Position numbers and translations under genes: made by a program. A stretch of 64,000 nucleotides of DNA from an uncultured Thiobacillus sp. (GTDB lineage Bacteria; Pseudomonadota; Gammaproteobacteria; Burkholderiales; Thiobacillaceae), in contig CAYTRH010000001.1 of assembly GCA_964440155.1 (NCBI GenBank), positions 624 to 64,623 of the forward strand. Direction: 5' to 3'. Within the stretch, counting starts at the first letter, position 1; each line of letters opens with the position of its first letter. The notes beneath the pieces were generated by a model. It worked only from the letters and a program-made list of their open reading frames with translations. It was not told where the DNA came from and did not search any database. This document shows, piece after piece, positions 51,000 to 60,458 of the stretch.

Positions 51000-52460
51000 T
51001 CAGAGCGTCTCGGCGTGCCAGCCCAAGGGCGACAGCCCGCGCGCCATCGCGCCCGCCTCCAGCGCGCGCAGGAAGTCGTGCGGTCCGACCGCATACAGAT
51101 CGGTATGGGCCAGATCGCCATGGTCGGCGAGCAGTCGTTCCACCAGGCCGGCCGGGTCGTGCGCGCCATCGATCGGGTGGTAATGGAAGTTGTCCATCGC
51201 ATCGGCCCAGGAACGGCACAGGTTGTCCAGGTAATGTCCGGTTTCGCCCGCCACCCAGTACAGGTGCATGGCATCGGCGATCTCCAGCGACATGGCATGC
51301 TGGATCAGGCTCTGGATCGGCGCGAAGCCGTGCTCCCAGGCGACGAACAGGGCCGGCCGGCGCGACTCGATGTTGTACACGAAGCCGCCGAACGGCCCCT
51401 CGATGGTGACGGTGTCCTCTTTGGCCAGGCTGTCGAAGGCCTTGCGCGCGAACGGCCGGTTGTCGCGGCGGATGTGCAAGGTGATCTGGCGGTCCTCGCA
51501 CGGGCAACTGGCGACGTGATACTCGCCGGCGATGCCGTCCGCACTCAGGCGCACGCGTTGTCCGGCCAAAAAGCGCAGGCGCTGGCTGCGTGGCGTGGTG
51601 AGATGCAGCGACAGGATGCGTTCGCCCAACCGGTCCACCGCCTTGACCCGCGCCGGAATGCGCTGCTGTGGGATGTCGGCGGCGCCGGCCACGGCAGCCT
51701 CGATCACCACGTCGGTTACCGCCGTGTAGGAACACAGCAGGAATTCGCCATTGGCCTTGTCCTGCTCACGGAAGGTGAAATCGTGCGGATGCACCTTGCG
51801 CAACTGGCCGGACACCAGACGCGCACGGCATTCGCCGCAGTTGCCGTTGCTGCAGCCGTAATTGAGCGGCAGGCCGACGCGCAAAGCGGCTTCCAGCAGC
51901 GTGTCGTTGCCCTCCACCAGGAACTCGTGGCCGGACGGCTGAACCGTGACTTGTGCGGACATGATGCGCATCACACTTTCGTGGGCCAGCAGCGATTCCG
52001 CCCGCTCGGCTTCCTTGGGCGCCGCGTCGAGCTCGCGTCTGAGCCATAGTTTCACTCCGGCCACGGCCTCGTGCAGGGCCGGGCCGCCCCGGTCGGCCAG
52101 ATCGTCCAGCTTGTCGTTGAGGAAGCGCAGCACCTCGTCGTAATGCAGCAGCAGCGTCTTGGCCGCGGCGAACTCGCGCCCCATCTCGAACAGCCGCTCG
52201 GCCAGCACCTCCTTGTCCGGCAGCGCGCGCTCGTAGATGCGCTTGCCGTACGCCTTCTCCTTGATCTCCTGTACCCGTTTGAACTCGCCGTCGTCCTCCC
52301 AGCTCACGTCGGGGAACACGCGCAGCAGCTCGTTCATGTCCACCATGCCATCGAAAGTGGCGAGTTCGCCATCGTGGATCATGCGCTGGATGCTCGCGCG
52401 CGATTGTCCGACCAGGCGGGCGACACGGGACAGGGGAAGGTAATGCGCCATGGCACGCAT
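51000..52460 (-). CDS. HTH / coiled-coil / plant-type [2Fe-2S] ferredoxin / FNR-like domain fusion protein
   Basis: About 484-487 aa (ATG at 52460 or 52451). The N-terminal segment is excisionase/MerR-like (LPLSRVARLVGQSRASIQRMIHDGEL). The ferredoxin motif is CSNGNCGEC...C. The FNR-like domain carries EGPFGGF, but RxYS is replaced by GEYH, GGTGxAP by WEHGFAP, and CGP by VGP. Confidence 0.7.
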   Translation of the reverse strand: MRAMAHYLPLSRVARLVGQSRASIQRMIHDGELATFDGMVDMNELLRVFPDVSWEDDGEFKRVQEIKEKAYGKRIYERALPDKEVLAERLFEMGREFAAAKTLLLHYDEVLRFLNDKLDDLADRGGPALHEAVAGVKLWLRRELDAAPKEAERAESLLAHESVMRIMSAQVTVQPSGHEFLVEGNDTLLEAALRVGLPLNYGCSNGNCGECRARLVSGQLRKVHPHDFTFREQDKANGEFLLCSYTAVTDVVIEAAVAGAADIPQQRIPARVKAVDRLGERILSLHLTTPRSQRLRFLAGQRVRLSADGIAGEYHVASCPCEDRQITLHIRRDNRPFARKAFDSLAKEDTVTIEGPFGGFVYNIESRRPALFVAWEHGFAPIQSLIQHAMSLEIADAMHLYWVAGETGHYLDNLCRSWADAMDNFHYHPIDGAHDPAGLVERLLADHGDLAHTDLYAVGPHDFLRALEAGAMARGLSPLGWHAETL

Positions 52461-52510
52461 GTTAGTCGCGCGCGTGGCGGTTACCAAACAGCGCCCTGTA
52501 ATATTCGCAC

Positions 52511-54220
52511 ATGCTGAATCTCGTTCTCCGGCACGCGCCGCCAGCCGCCACGCGCGCACTGGCCGCTGCCGGTCATCCTCCGCTGCTCGCGCGCCTGCTG
52601 GCGGCACGCGGTGCCACGGTCGACGACCTGAAGACGCGGCTGGATGAACTGCTGCCATTCACCGCGCTGCTGCATGCCGATGCTGCGGCCGCGCGCTTGG
52701 CCGACGCGATCGCGCGCGGCAGTCGCCTGCTGGTGGTGGGCGACTACGATGCCGACGGCGCCACCGCCACCGCGGTCGCGGTGCAGGGACTGCGGGCATT
52801 CGGTGCCCACGTCGACTACCTGGTGCCCAATCGGTTCGAGTATGGCTACGGTCTGTCGCCGGAGATCGTCGCGCTGGCCGCAGATCGCCACCCCGACCTG
52901 TTGATCACGGTGGACAACGGCATTGCCGCGCACGCCGGCATCGAAGCCGCGCGGGCGCGCGGCATGGAGGTGTTGGTCACCGATCACCACCTGCCCGGTG
53001 ACAGCCTGCCCGATGCGTTGATCGTCAACCCCAACCAGCCCGGCTGCCCCTTTCCCAGCAAGCATCTGGCCGGCGTGGGCGTGATGTTCTACGTGCTGAT
53101 GGCGTTGCGCGCCGAACTGCGGCGTCGCGGACGTTTCGATGCGCTGTCCCAACCCAACCTGGCGCGTCTGCTCGATCTGGTCGCGCTCGGCACCGTCGCC
53201 GACGTGGTGCGCCTGGATGCCAACAACCGCTTATTGGTGGCGCAAGGCTTGGCACGCATGCGCAACGGGCATGCCCGGCCGGGCATCCAGGCGCTATTTA
53301 CGGCTGCGGGCCGCCGTATCGAGCGCGCCAGCGCGGAAGACCTCGGCTTCGTCATCGGCCCACGCTTGAACGCCGCCGGCCGGCTGGCCGACATGAGCAT
53401 CGGCATCGAATGCCTGCTGGCCGAGGCCATCGACGCGGCGCTGCCGCTGGCGCGCGAACTGGACCGGCTCAACCGGGAGCGGCGCGAGATCGAGAGCGAC
53501 ATGCAGGCGCAGGCGCTGACCCTGCTCGACGGTGTGACCGTGGCGGATGGCGCCAGCCTGACGCTGTTCGACCCGGCCTGGCACCAGGGCGTGATCGGCC
53601 TGCTCGCCTCGCGTCTGCGCGAGCGTCATCACCGGCCGGTGATCGTGTTCGCCGACGGTGGCGATGGCCTGCTCAAGGGATCGGGCCGCGCCATTCCCGG
53701 CCTGCACCTGCGCGATGCGCTGGACCGCGTGGACCGGCTCGCGCCCGGGCTGATCCTGCGATTCGGCGGGCATGCGGCGGCGGCCGGCCTGACCTTGCCG
53801 CGTGCGCGGCTGGATGAATTCGCCGCACTGTTCGAGGCGGTGGCGCGCGACAGTCTGTCGGCCGCCGATCTGACGCGCTCGATCGAGACCGACGGCCCGC
53901 TGGCGCCGGCGGAGTGCACCTTGCGCGACGCCGAGACGTTGCGCGACACGGTATGGGGACAGGGATTCCCGCCGCCGCTGTTCAGCGGCGAGTTCGTGGT
54001 CGAAAGCCAGCGTCTGGTCGGCGACCGGCATCTGAAGCTGCGCCTGGCCGGTGGCGGCCTGGCCGCGGATGCCATGCTGTTCTTCCATGACACACCGCTG
54101 CCCCAACGCATCGAGGCGGCCTATCGTCTGGAGGTGAACGAATGGAACGGTACGCGCACGCCGCAGTTCCAAGTGACGCACTGGAGCGAGGCGCGTCCGC
54201 CTGCCGCCGCCGCAAGCTGA
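52511..54220 (+). CDS. recJ: Single-stranded-DNA-specific exonuclease RecJ
   Basis: 569 aa. DHH-family motifs are LLVVGDYDADGATA, VDNG and LVTDHHLPG. A DHHA1 region follows. Confidence 0.95.
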   Translation: MLNLVLRHAPPAATRALAAAGHPPLLARLLAARGATVDDLKTRLDELLPFTALLHADAAAARLADAIARGSRLLVVGDYDADGATATAVAVQGLRAFGAHVDYLVPNRFEYGYGLSPEIVALAADRHPDLLITVDNGIAAHAGIEAARARGMEVLVTDHHLPGDSLPDALIVNPNQPGCPFPSKHLAGVGVMFYVLMALRAELRRRGRFDALSQPNLARLLDLVALGTVADVVRLDANNRLLVAQGLARMRNGHARPGIQALFTAAGRRIERASAEDLGFVIGPRLNAAGRLADMSIGIECLLAEAIDAALPLARELDRLNRERREIESDMQAQALTLLDGVTVADGASLTLFDPAWHQGVIGLLASRLRERHHRPVIVFADGGDGLLKGSGRAIPGLHLRDALDRVDRLAPGLILRFGGHAAAAGLTLPRARLDEFAALFEAVARDSLSAADLTRSIETDGPLAPAECTLRDAETLRDTVWGQGFPPPLFSGEFVVESQRLVGDRHLKLRLAGGGLAADAMLFFHDTPLPQRIEAAYRLEVNEWNGTRTPQFQVTHWSEARPPAAAAS

Positions 54221-54227
54221 GCGACGC

Positions 54228-55676
54228 TCAGCGTATCCCGGTCAGGCGCGCCTGCAGCAGATTGCGCAAGGTCGCCAGTGTGGCCAGCTCCGCCTTGGTC
54301 AGCTTGACGTCGTCGTGCTGCTGGCCGAACAGCAGGCCCATGGCGTTGCCATCGGCGGCGGTCATGGGCAGCAGGAAGAACGGGTGCAGCGCATGCGCGC
54401 GTATCCATGCCGGCAGGTGCGGCGCGATCTCGCCGTCGCGCGGATTGTCGATGTAGATGTCCGCACGCTTGGCCAGCGCGACATGCGCCAGATCGCGCGC
54501 AAACTGCGCCGGTAGGGTCAGACCGGCGAGCGCATTGGGTTCGCGCGCGGCCAGCGTGGCGCGCACGCGGTACACCTGCTGTGCCCCGTCGAGCAAAAAC
54601 ACCGCGGCGCGGCTCAAATCCAGCGCCCGGTAGATCACCTCCACCACCATGCCGGCGATGTCGGCGGGTGTGCCGCCCTGTTCGATGGCCGCACGCACCT
54701 CCGCTTCACCATCGCGCAGCTTGTCCAACGCCGATGGCGCGGTCGCAGGCGACAGCACATCGGCCGGCGCTGCCGATTGGGTCGATTGCAGCACGCTGGC
54801 TCCCGGCTCCAACAGCGCCGCCTGTGTGGCCGACAGCAACTCCTCGTGCGCCAGCCCCAGACGGTCGGCGAAGCGGACGGCCAGGCGCTGCTGCAGTTTC
54901 TGCTTGATGTCCTCGCTGGCGCTGGTCGATAGCACCGACGCGGAACTGTCGGCATAGCGGGTGATCGCCAGCAGCCAGTCCTCCACACCCTCCACCTGAT
55001 CGTCCTGTTCGCCGCGCAGGGTCAGCACGATCCTTGCCGGCAGCCGCCAGTGCCGCGCCACGCTGGCGCCGAGCTGCTCCAGCGTCAGGCCGAGCACGTC
55101 GCGCGCGGCGCCCTCCTCGTCCCGACCGGACTGCACGCGCTGCTGGATGCGCGTCCATTCGTGCGGCAGATAGAACGCCGTCAGCAGGCGGCCGACGCGG
55201 TGCAGCAAGGCACACACCACGCCCAGCTCGCCGTTCTTCACCTGCATCTTGGCGGTGACGTTGCCGGCCACCGAACCCGCCACCAAGCTGTGCGCCAGTT
55301 GCCGGCGCGCGCTCAGGGACTGCGCGTCCATGGCCTCCATCGAGCCGATCACCTTGGCCCCCAAGGCCAGATGGCCTATCGCCTCGAAGCCGAGCACCAT
55401 CATGGCGTGCGAGATGGTGGCGACATTGCCGCCGATGGGCGCGTACATCGCGGAGTTGGCCAGGCGCAGCACCTTCTGCGTCAGCGATACGTCGGCCAGC
55501 ACGGCGTTGACCAGCGGCGCACTGTCCTCCGCCCCTACCTCCAGCGCTTCGATGATGCGGGTAACCGAGTGCTCCAATGCGGGGAAGCCACCGCTGGCGT
55601 TCATGCGCTCGATGACGCGGGCCAGCAGCGCAGTGTCCGTCTGCGTAGCGCTCGCGGTCACGGCGTCAGCCGCCAC
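54228..55676 (-). CDS. HDOD domain / GAF-like domain signalling protein
   Basis: 482 aa. It has a canonical HDOD (FPALEHSVTRIIEAL...LADVSLTQKVLRLANSAMY...ISHAMMVLGFEAIGHLAL) and a C-terminal GAF-like region. It overlaps the GGDEF-EAL gene by 19 nt. Confidence 0.8.
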   Translation of the reverse strand: MAADAVTASATQTDTALLARVIERMNASGGFPALEHSVTRIIEALEVGAEDSAPLVNAVLADVSLTQKVLRLANSAMYAPIGGNVATISHAMMVLGFEAIGHLALGAKVIGSMEAMDAQSLSARRQLAHSLVAGSVAGNVTAKMQVKNGELGVVCALLHRVGRLLTAFYLPHEWTRIQQRVQSGRDEEGAARDVLGLTLEQLGASVARHWRLPARIVLTLRGEQDDQVEGVEDWLLAITRYADSSASVLSTSASEDIKQKLQQRLAVRFADRLGLAHEELLSATQAALLEPGASVLQSTQSAAPADVLSPATAPSALDKLRDGEAEVRAAIEQGGTPADIAGMVVEVIYRALDLSRAAVFLLDGAQQVYRVRATLAAREPNALAGLTLPAQFARDLAHVALAKRADIYIDNPRDGEIAPHLPAWIRAHALHPFFLLPMTAADGNAMGLLFGQQHDDVKLTKAELATLATLRNLLQARLTGIR

Positions 55677-57352
55677 ACCCCCGCCTCCACCTGGTCCTCG
55701 AACGCCTGCGGCGCTACCGGACGTGCCAACAGATAGCCCTGCATCAGATCACAACCCTTGTCGCGTAACAACGCATATTGTGTCTCGTTTTCCACGCCTT
55801 CCGCGACCACGCGCAGACCCAGCTCGCGCCCCAGGCTAATAATGGCAGCGACGATGGCCCGGTCGTTGCCGTCGCTGTCCAGGTCCACCACGAAGGTGCG
55901 GTCGATCTTCAGGCTGGACAGCGGAAAGCGCTTGAGGTAGGCGAGCGAGGAATAGCCCGTGCCGAAGTCGTCGACGGCGAAATTGACGCCGCGTTCGCGC
56001 AGCCGCGACAACAGCGCCTGCGCGCGTTCCGGCTCGCGCATCAGCATGCCCTCGGTCAGCTCCAGGGTCAGCAGCTCGGCCGGCAAGCCCGATTCGTCGA
56101 GGGCCCGCTCGATCACGCCGACCAGGTCACCCTGGCGAAACTGGGCCGGCGACAGATTCACGGACGCCTGCAAGCGTGCGCCCCAACGCTGGTTCCAGCG
56201 CGCCACCTGATGACAGCTCACACGCAGCGACCAGGCGCCCAGGAACGTGATCAGGCCATTGGCCTCGGCCAGCGGGATGAACTCCGCCGGCGAGACGGCG
56301 GCGCCGTCGGTGCGCTGCCAACGCATCAGCGCCTCGACCGCCACCACGTCGCCGCTGGCCGCAGCGACGATGGGCTGGTAATGCATCTCGAATTCGCCGT
56401 TGCGCACGGCGTCGTACATCTGGTCTTCCAACATCAGGCGGCGTTCCGCCAGGGCGCCGCCCTCCGGCGCATAGACGTGGCAGCGGTTGCGCCCCGCCTG
56501 TTTGGCCAGCGACAGTGCGATTCCGGCCTGCTTGAACAGCGCCTCGGCCTCGCCGGCGTGCTCGGGAAACAGCGCGATGCCGATGCTGGCGGACAAATGG
56601 CTCTGGCCGCGGTCATGCTCGAAAGGACGCTGCATCGTCGCCAGCAGTTTGTGCGCCAGCCGGGCCGCATCTTCGGGGGCGCGCATACCGGGCAGCAGCA
56701 ACGCGAACTCGTCGCCGCCGATGCGGGTCACGAGGTCATCGCCACGCAGTGCGGTGCGCAGTCGCCGCGCCGACTCGCACAGGACCCGGTCGCCCAGCGC
56801 ATGTCCCAGCGCGTCGTTGATCTTCTTGAAGCCGTCGAGGCCCACCAGCAACAAAGCGAATCCGTTCGTGCCATCCTGCGGTTGGCCGATCGCCTGAGCG
56901 AGCGCACGCATCAGTTCGACGCGAGTGCCCAGGCCGGTGAGCGGGTCACGCGTAGCAGCGTCGCCCTCGATCCGATGCGTGACCGGGTCGAACTCCCAGG
57001 CAGCGAACAACAGCTCCACCCGCCCCGACGCGCCCGGCAGCGGCAGGATACGGCAGGTGGCCCAACGCTGTGCGCCGTTGCCGGCCAGGAAACGCAGGCT
57101 CAGGGCCTGGCGGGCGGCACCGTCACTCGCACGCGCCAGCGCGGCGCGGAGCGCATCGTGGTGTTCGACGGCCACATGCTGGAATAGCCGGTGTTCGGCC
57201 CCCGTCTCCGCCGGTTCGGCGGCACCAAGCCAGCCCAGCCCCGCGGGGGGAATGAACAGGAAACGCCCGTCCGCGGTCACGCGCGCGAGGAAATCCGCCA
57301 GCCGGTCGGCCAGCCGTTCGCCCGTCGCAGCGGCGACGGGCCGTTCGCTCAT
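55658..57352 (-). CDS. PAS-like / GGDEF / EAL protein (diguanylate cyclase-phosphodiesterase)
   Basis: 564 aa. The GGDEF motif is intact (RIGGDEFALLL), with an RxxD I-site five residues upstream (RGDD-LVTRI-GGDEF). The EAL domain is intact (AVEALMRW, DDFGTGYSSL). Confidence 0.9.
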   Translation of the reverse strand: MSERPVAAATGERLADRLADFLARVTADGRFLFIPPAGLGWLGAAEPAETGAEHRLFQHVAVEHHDALRAALARASDGAARQALSLRFLAGNGAQRWATCRILPLPGASGRVELLFAAWEFDPVTHRIEGDAATRDPLTGLGTRVELMRALAQAIGQPQDGTNGFALLLVGLDGFKKINDALGHALGDRVLCESARRLRTALRGDDLVTRIGGDEFALLLPGMRAPEDAARLAHKLLATMQRPFEHDRGQSHLSASIGIALFPEHAGEAEALFKQAGIALSLAKQAGRNRCHVYAPEGGALAERRLMLEDQMYDAVRNGEFEMHYQPIVAAASGDVVAVEALMRWQRTDGAAVSPAEFIPLAEANGLITFLGAWSLRVSCHQVARWNQRWGARLQASVNLSPAQFRQGDLVGVIERALDESGLPAELLTLELTEGMLMREPERAQALLSRLRERGVNFAVDDFGTGYSSLAYLKRFPLSSLKIDRTFVVDLDSDGNDRAIVAAIISLGRELGLRVVAEGVENETQYALLRDKGCDLMQGYLLARPVAPQAFEDQVEAGVWRLTP

Positions 57353-58650
57353 TTGACCAATCCCCAGCCGCGCAGACGGGCATAGGCATGCTGCGCCTGG
57401 CCGCCCTGATTGGTCAGTTGCAGATAGCGGAAATACTCCTGCGCGGCGCCACGGCGGTCCTGCATCTGTTCCAGCGAATAGCCCTTCAGGAACACCGTGT
57501 TGGGGTTACCCGGCAGCAGGCGCTCGAACTCGGTGAACGCCGCCAGAGCCTGATCAGGCTGGCGTGTCTGCAAGAAGGCAACACCCGCGAGGTGATGCGC
57601 TTGGGCCTCGGTGGGATAGACCGCCTTGGCCTGGGCCAGATACGGCTTGGCTTCGTCCGGACGCTTCATCGCCATCTGCGTCTTGGCCATCAGCACCAGG
57701 CCGGTGTAGTCGTCCGGCGCCAGTTGCAGCGCGCGCCGCATGTGGCCATCGGCGGTTTCGAACTTTTTCTGATTCAACATCGCCTCGCCCTTCTGCTGTT
57801 CGGCGATCGCCGGTCGCAGCTTGCGCAGGCGGCTGGTATTGTCCATGTAACGCTCGCGCTGACGTGGGCGGCGCGCCGCCTCCGCATACGTGGTGGCCAG
57901 CGCCCGGCGGGTGTTGTCCAGTCGCTCGGAACTCATCGGGTGCGTCGAGAACATCAGTTCCAGCGCATTGGGCTTTTCCCGCGCCTGGCTGTTGAGCATG
58001 GTCATCAGATCCTCCATGCCCGCCGGGTTGTGTCCGGAGCGCGCCATGTATTCGAGCCCGAGCGCATCCGCCTCGCGCTCGTTGTCGCGGCTGTAGTGCG
58101 CCAACAGCGCACCGCCGCCGATGTTGCCGATCATCTGCGCCAGCGCGCCGTATTGCGGTTGCTTGTCCGCGGCGGCGATGCTGATGCCAGCCACCACGGC
58201 TTCCAGCAGTGTGCCCTTGGCCTGGCGTTCGGCGTGATGGCGCGCGTTGACATGGCCCAGTTCGTGGCCGAGCAGCGCCGCCAGTTCGTCCTCGCTCTGC
58301 ATCTCCAGCAGGATGCCACGTGTGGCGGCGATGGTCCCGCCTGGAAAGGCATAGGCGTTGACGTAGTTGGCATTGACCACGTTGACGTTGTAGGGCATGT
58401 CCGGGCGATGGGTGCGCGCCGCCATGTCCTTGCCCAAGGCGCCGACATAGCGGTTCAACTCGGCGTCGCGCGTGATGCCATAGTCCTCCGACAACTGGTG
58501 CGGCGAGTGCTGGCGATCCAGTGCGATCTCCTGCTCCTTGCTCATCATCACGAAAGTGGTCCGGCCGGTAACCGGGTCGGTGGCGCAGCCGGTCAACCAG
58601 ATGGATGCGCCCAGACCCGGGAGCGTCCAGATGAAATCTCGTCTATTCAT
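57349..58650 (-). CDS. M48-family zinc metalloprotease with C-terminal TPR domain (BepA-like), predicted lipoprotein
   Basis: 433 aa. [22 protein letters not shown] has a Tat-like RR plus a lipobox. The zinc motif is [10 protein letters not shown] (HExxH). TPR repeats lie in the C-terminal third. It has ATGA overlaps at both ends. Confidence 0.85.
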   Translation of the reverse strand: MNRRDFIWTLPGLGASIWLTGCATDPVTGRTTFVMMSKEQEIALDRQHSPHQLSEDYGITRDAELNRYVGALGKDMAARTHRPDMPYNVNVVNANYVNAYAFPGGTIAATRGILLEMQSEDELAALLGHELGHVNARHHAERQAKGTLLEAVVAGISIAAADKQPQYGALAQMIGNIGGGALLAHYSRDNEREADALGLEYMARSGHNPAGMEDLMTMLNSQAREKPNALELMFSTHPMSSERLDNTRRALATTYAEAARRPRQRERYMDNTSRLRKLRPAIAEQQKGEAMLNQKKFETADGHMRRALQLAPDDYTGLVLMAKTQMAMKRPDEAKPYLAQAKAVYPTEAQAHHLAGVAFLQTRQPDQALAAFTEFERLLPGNPNTVFLKGYSLEQMQDRRGAAQEYFRYLQLTNQGGQAQHAYARLRGWGLVK

Positions 58651-59780
58651 TGCACTAAATCCGCTTGTTGATAATCGACATTAACTTGTTCAGGGCCGTC
58701 GGCCAGCGTCGCCGCGATGATGCCACCGCCCAGGCAGACCTCGTCATCGTAGATCACCACCGACTGGCCGGGGGTGACCGCCCACTGCGGCGTGGCGAAA
58801 TCGACGCGCATGCGGTCGTGGTCCAGGACGCTGATCACACAGCCGGCATCGCGCTGCCGGTAACGTGTCTTGGCCGCATAACGCGCGCCCACGCGTGGCG
58901 GTGCGCCCACCCAGTGCAGGTCTTCGGCGATCAGCGAGGTCGCGCTCAACAGCGGATGGTCATGTCCCTGGACCACGATCAACCGGTTGTGTTCCAGATC
59001 CTTGCCGGCGACAAACCAGGCCGCTCCTTCGGCCGCCGCACGGATGCCGCCGATGCCCAGGCCCTTGCGCTGGCCCAGGGTGTAATACATCAGCCCCTGG
59101 TGGCGCCCTACCACCTGGCCTGCGGGTGTCACCATGTCGCCCGGCTCGATCGGCATGTAGCGCTGCAGAAAGGCACGAAACGGCCGTTCGCCGATGAAAC
59201 AGATGCCGGTGCTGTCCTTCTTGCCGGCCACCGGCAATCCGGCCGCGCGTGCCAGATCGCGCACTTGCGGCTTGGTCAACTCGCCCAGCGGGAACAGCGC
59301 ACGCGCGATCTGCGCCTGGCTCAGCCGGTACAGGAAATAGCTCTGGTCCTTGTCGCCATCCACGCCCTTGAGCAACTCGCGCGTCGGCGATTCGCCGCGC
59401 AGGCGCGCGTAATGGCCGGTGGCGATGTGGTCGGCACCCAGACCCAGGGCATGGTCGAGAAAAGCCTTGAACTTGATCTCGGCGTTGCACAGCACGTCGG
59501 GATTGGGCGTGCGCCCGGCCCGGTACTCGTGCAGGAAATGCGCGAACACGCGCTCGCGGTAGGCGGCGCTGAAGTTGACCAGATCGACCTCGATGTCCAG
59601 CGCGTCGCCGATCGCCAGCGCATCCAGGAAGTCCTGACGCGCCGGGCAGGCGGGATCGTCGTCGTCGTCTTCCCAGTTCTTCATGAATACGCCGGTCACC
59701 TCATGGCCTTGCTGGCGCAGCAGCCATGCGGTGACGGCGGAATCGACCCCGCCGGAGAGACCGACGACCACGCGGCTCAT
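58647..59780 (-). CDS. mnmA: tRNA 2-thiouridine(34) synthase MnmA
   Basis: The start at 59780 gives [21 protein letters not shown] (PP-loop). It is collinear with MnmA. Confidence 0.94.
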   Translation of the reverse strand: MSRVVVGLSGGVDSAVTAWLLRQQGHEVTGVFMKNWEDDDDDPACPARQDFLDALAIGDALDIEVDLVNFSAAYRERVFAHFLHEYRAGRTPNPDVLCNAEIKFKAFLDHALGLGADHIATGHYARLRGESPTRELLKGVDGDKDQSYFLYRLSQAQIARALFPLGELTKPQVRDLARAAGLPVAGKKDSTGICFIGERPFRAFLQRYMPIEPGDMVTPAGQVVGRHQGLMYYTLGQRKGLGIGGIRAAAEGAAWFVAGKDLEHNRLIVVQGHDHPLLSATSLIAEDLHWVGAPPRVGARYAAKTRYRQRDAGCVISVLDHDRMRVDFATPQWAVTPGQSVVIYDDEVCLGGGIIAATLADGPEQVNVDYQQADLVQ

Positions 59781-60241
59781 GATGCGTCGCCGAATTCCGC
59801 CAGCAGATCGAGCGGAAAGCGGCGCCCGGTGTGAAAATCGTCGACGCAACGTTGCAGCAGCGGACTGCGGTGGCGGGCGCGCACAGCGGCGATCTCCGCG
59901 GGTGTCAGCCAGGCCGTGCGCAGGATGCCTTCATCCAGCGGCGCGGTGGGATCGAAGCCGGTGACCACGCCGGTGAAGGCGAAACGCAGGTAGGTGCGCT
60001 CGGCATGCGCGGGTGACGTCCAGCGGTAGACACCGAGCAGTTCGGTCGGCTCGAAATGGTGCGCGGTCTCCTCGAAGGTCTCGCGTCGCACCGCGTCCAG
60101 CAACGACTCGCCGGGTTCGAGATGGCCGGCCGGCTGATTGAAGCGCAGACCGTCCTCGGTGCGCTCCTCGACCAGCAGAAAGCGGCCGTCCTGCTCGATC
60201 ACGGCGGCCACCACGACATGGGGTTTCCAGATTGCGCTCAT
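59777..60241 (-). CDS. NUDIX hydrolase (NudJ-like, upstream of mnmA as in E. coli)
   Basis: 154 aa. The Nudix box is [21 protein letters not shown]. It has a 4-nt overlap with mnmA. Confidence 0.85.
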   Translation of the reverse strand: MSAIWKPHVVVAAVIEQDGRFLLVEERTEDGLRFNQPAGHLEPGESLLDAVRRETFEETAHHFEPTELLGVYRWTSPAHAERTYLRFAFTGVVTGFDPTAPLDEGILRTAWLTPAEIAAVRARHRSPLLQRCVDDFHTGRRFPLDLLAEFGDAS

Positions 60242-60340
60242 GGGGAAGGACGCGGCCGGGCGGCCCCGGCCCGGTCACCTGCGGGCAGTGTCGATGCCGG
60301 GATTGTAGGCGCTGCGCCCGTGGCGCGGGGGAGTCGAATC

Positions 60341-60415
60341 TGGTGGGCAGTACTGGGATCGAACCAGTGGCCCCCGCCGTGTGAAGGCGGTGCTCTACCG
60401 CTGAGCTAACTGCCC
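60341..60415 (-). tRNA. tRNA-Val (anticodon CAC), CCA encoded
   Basis: The reverse complement is GGGCAGTTAGCTCAGCGGTAGAGCACCGCCTTCACACGGCGGGGGCCACTGGTTCGATCCCAGTACTGCCCACCA. It has a 7-bp acceptor stem (GGGCAGT/ACTGCCC), anticodon stem CCGCC/GGCGG with loop TTCACAC, and a GGTTCGATCC T-arm. Confidence 0.95.
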
Positions 60416-60428
60416 GAAAGAGGCGCGC

Positions 60429-60458
60429 ATTCTAAAGAAACGGGCGGATCGCGGTCAA
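60429..60458 (-). promoter_or_regulatory. Sigma-70-type promoter of tRNA-Val with a GC-rich discriminator
   Basis: The minus strand reads TTGACC-N18-TAGAAT-GCGCGCC-TCTTTC, followed by the mature tRNA 5' end. The hexamers are near consensus, and the GC discriminator is typical of stringently controlled stable-RNA promoters. Confidence 0.6.
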
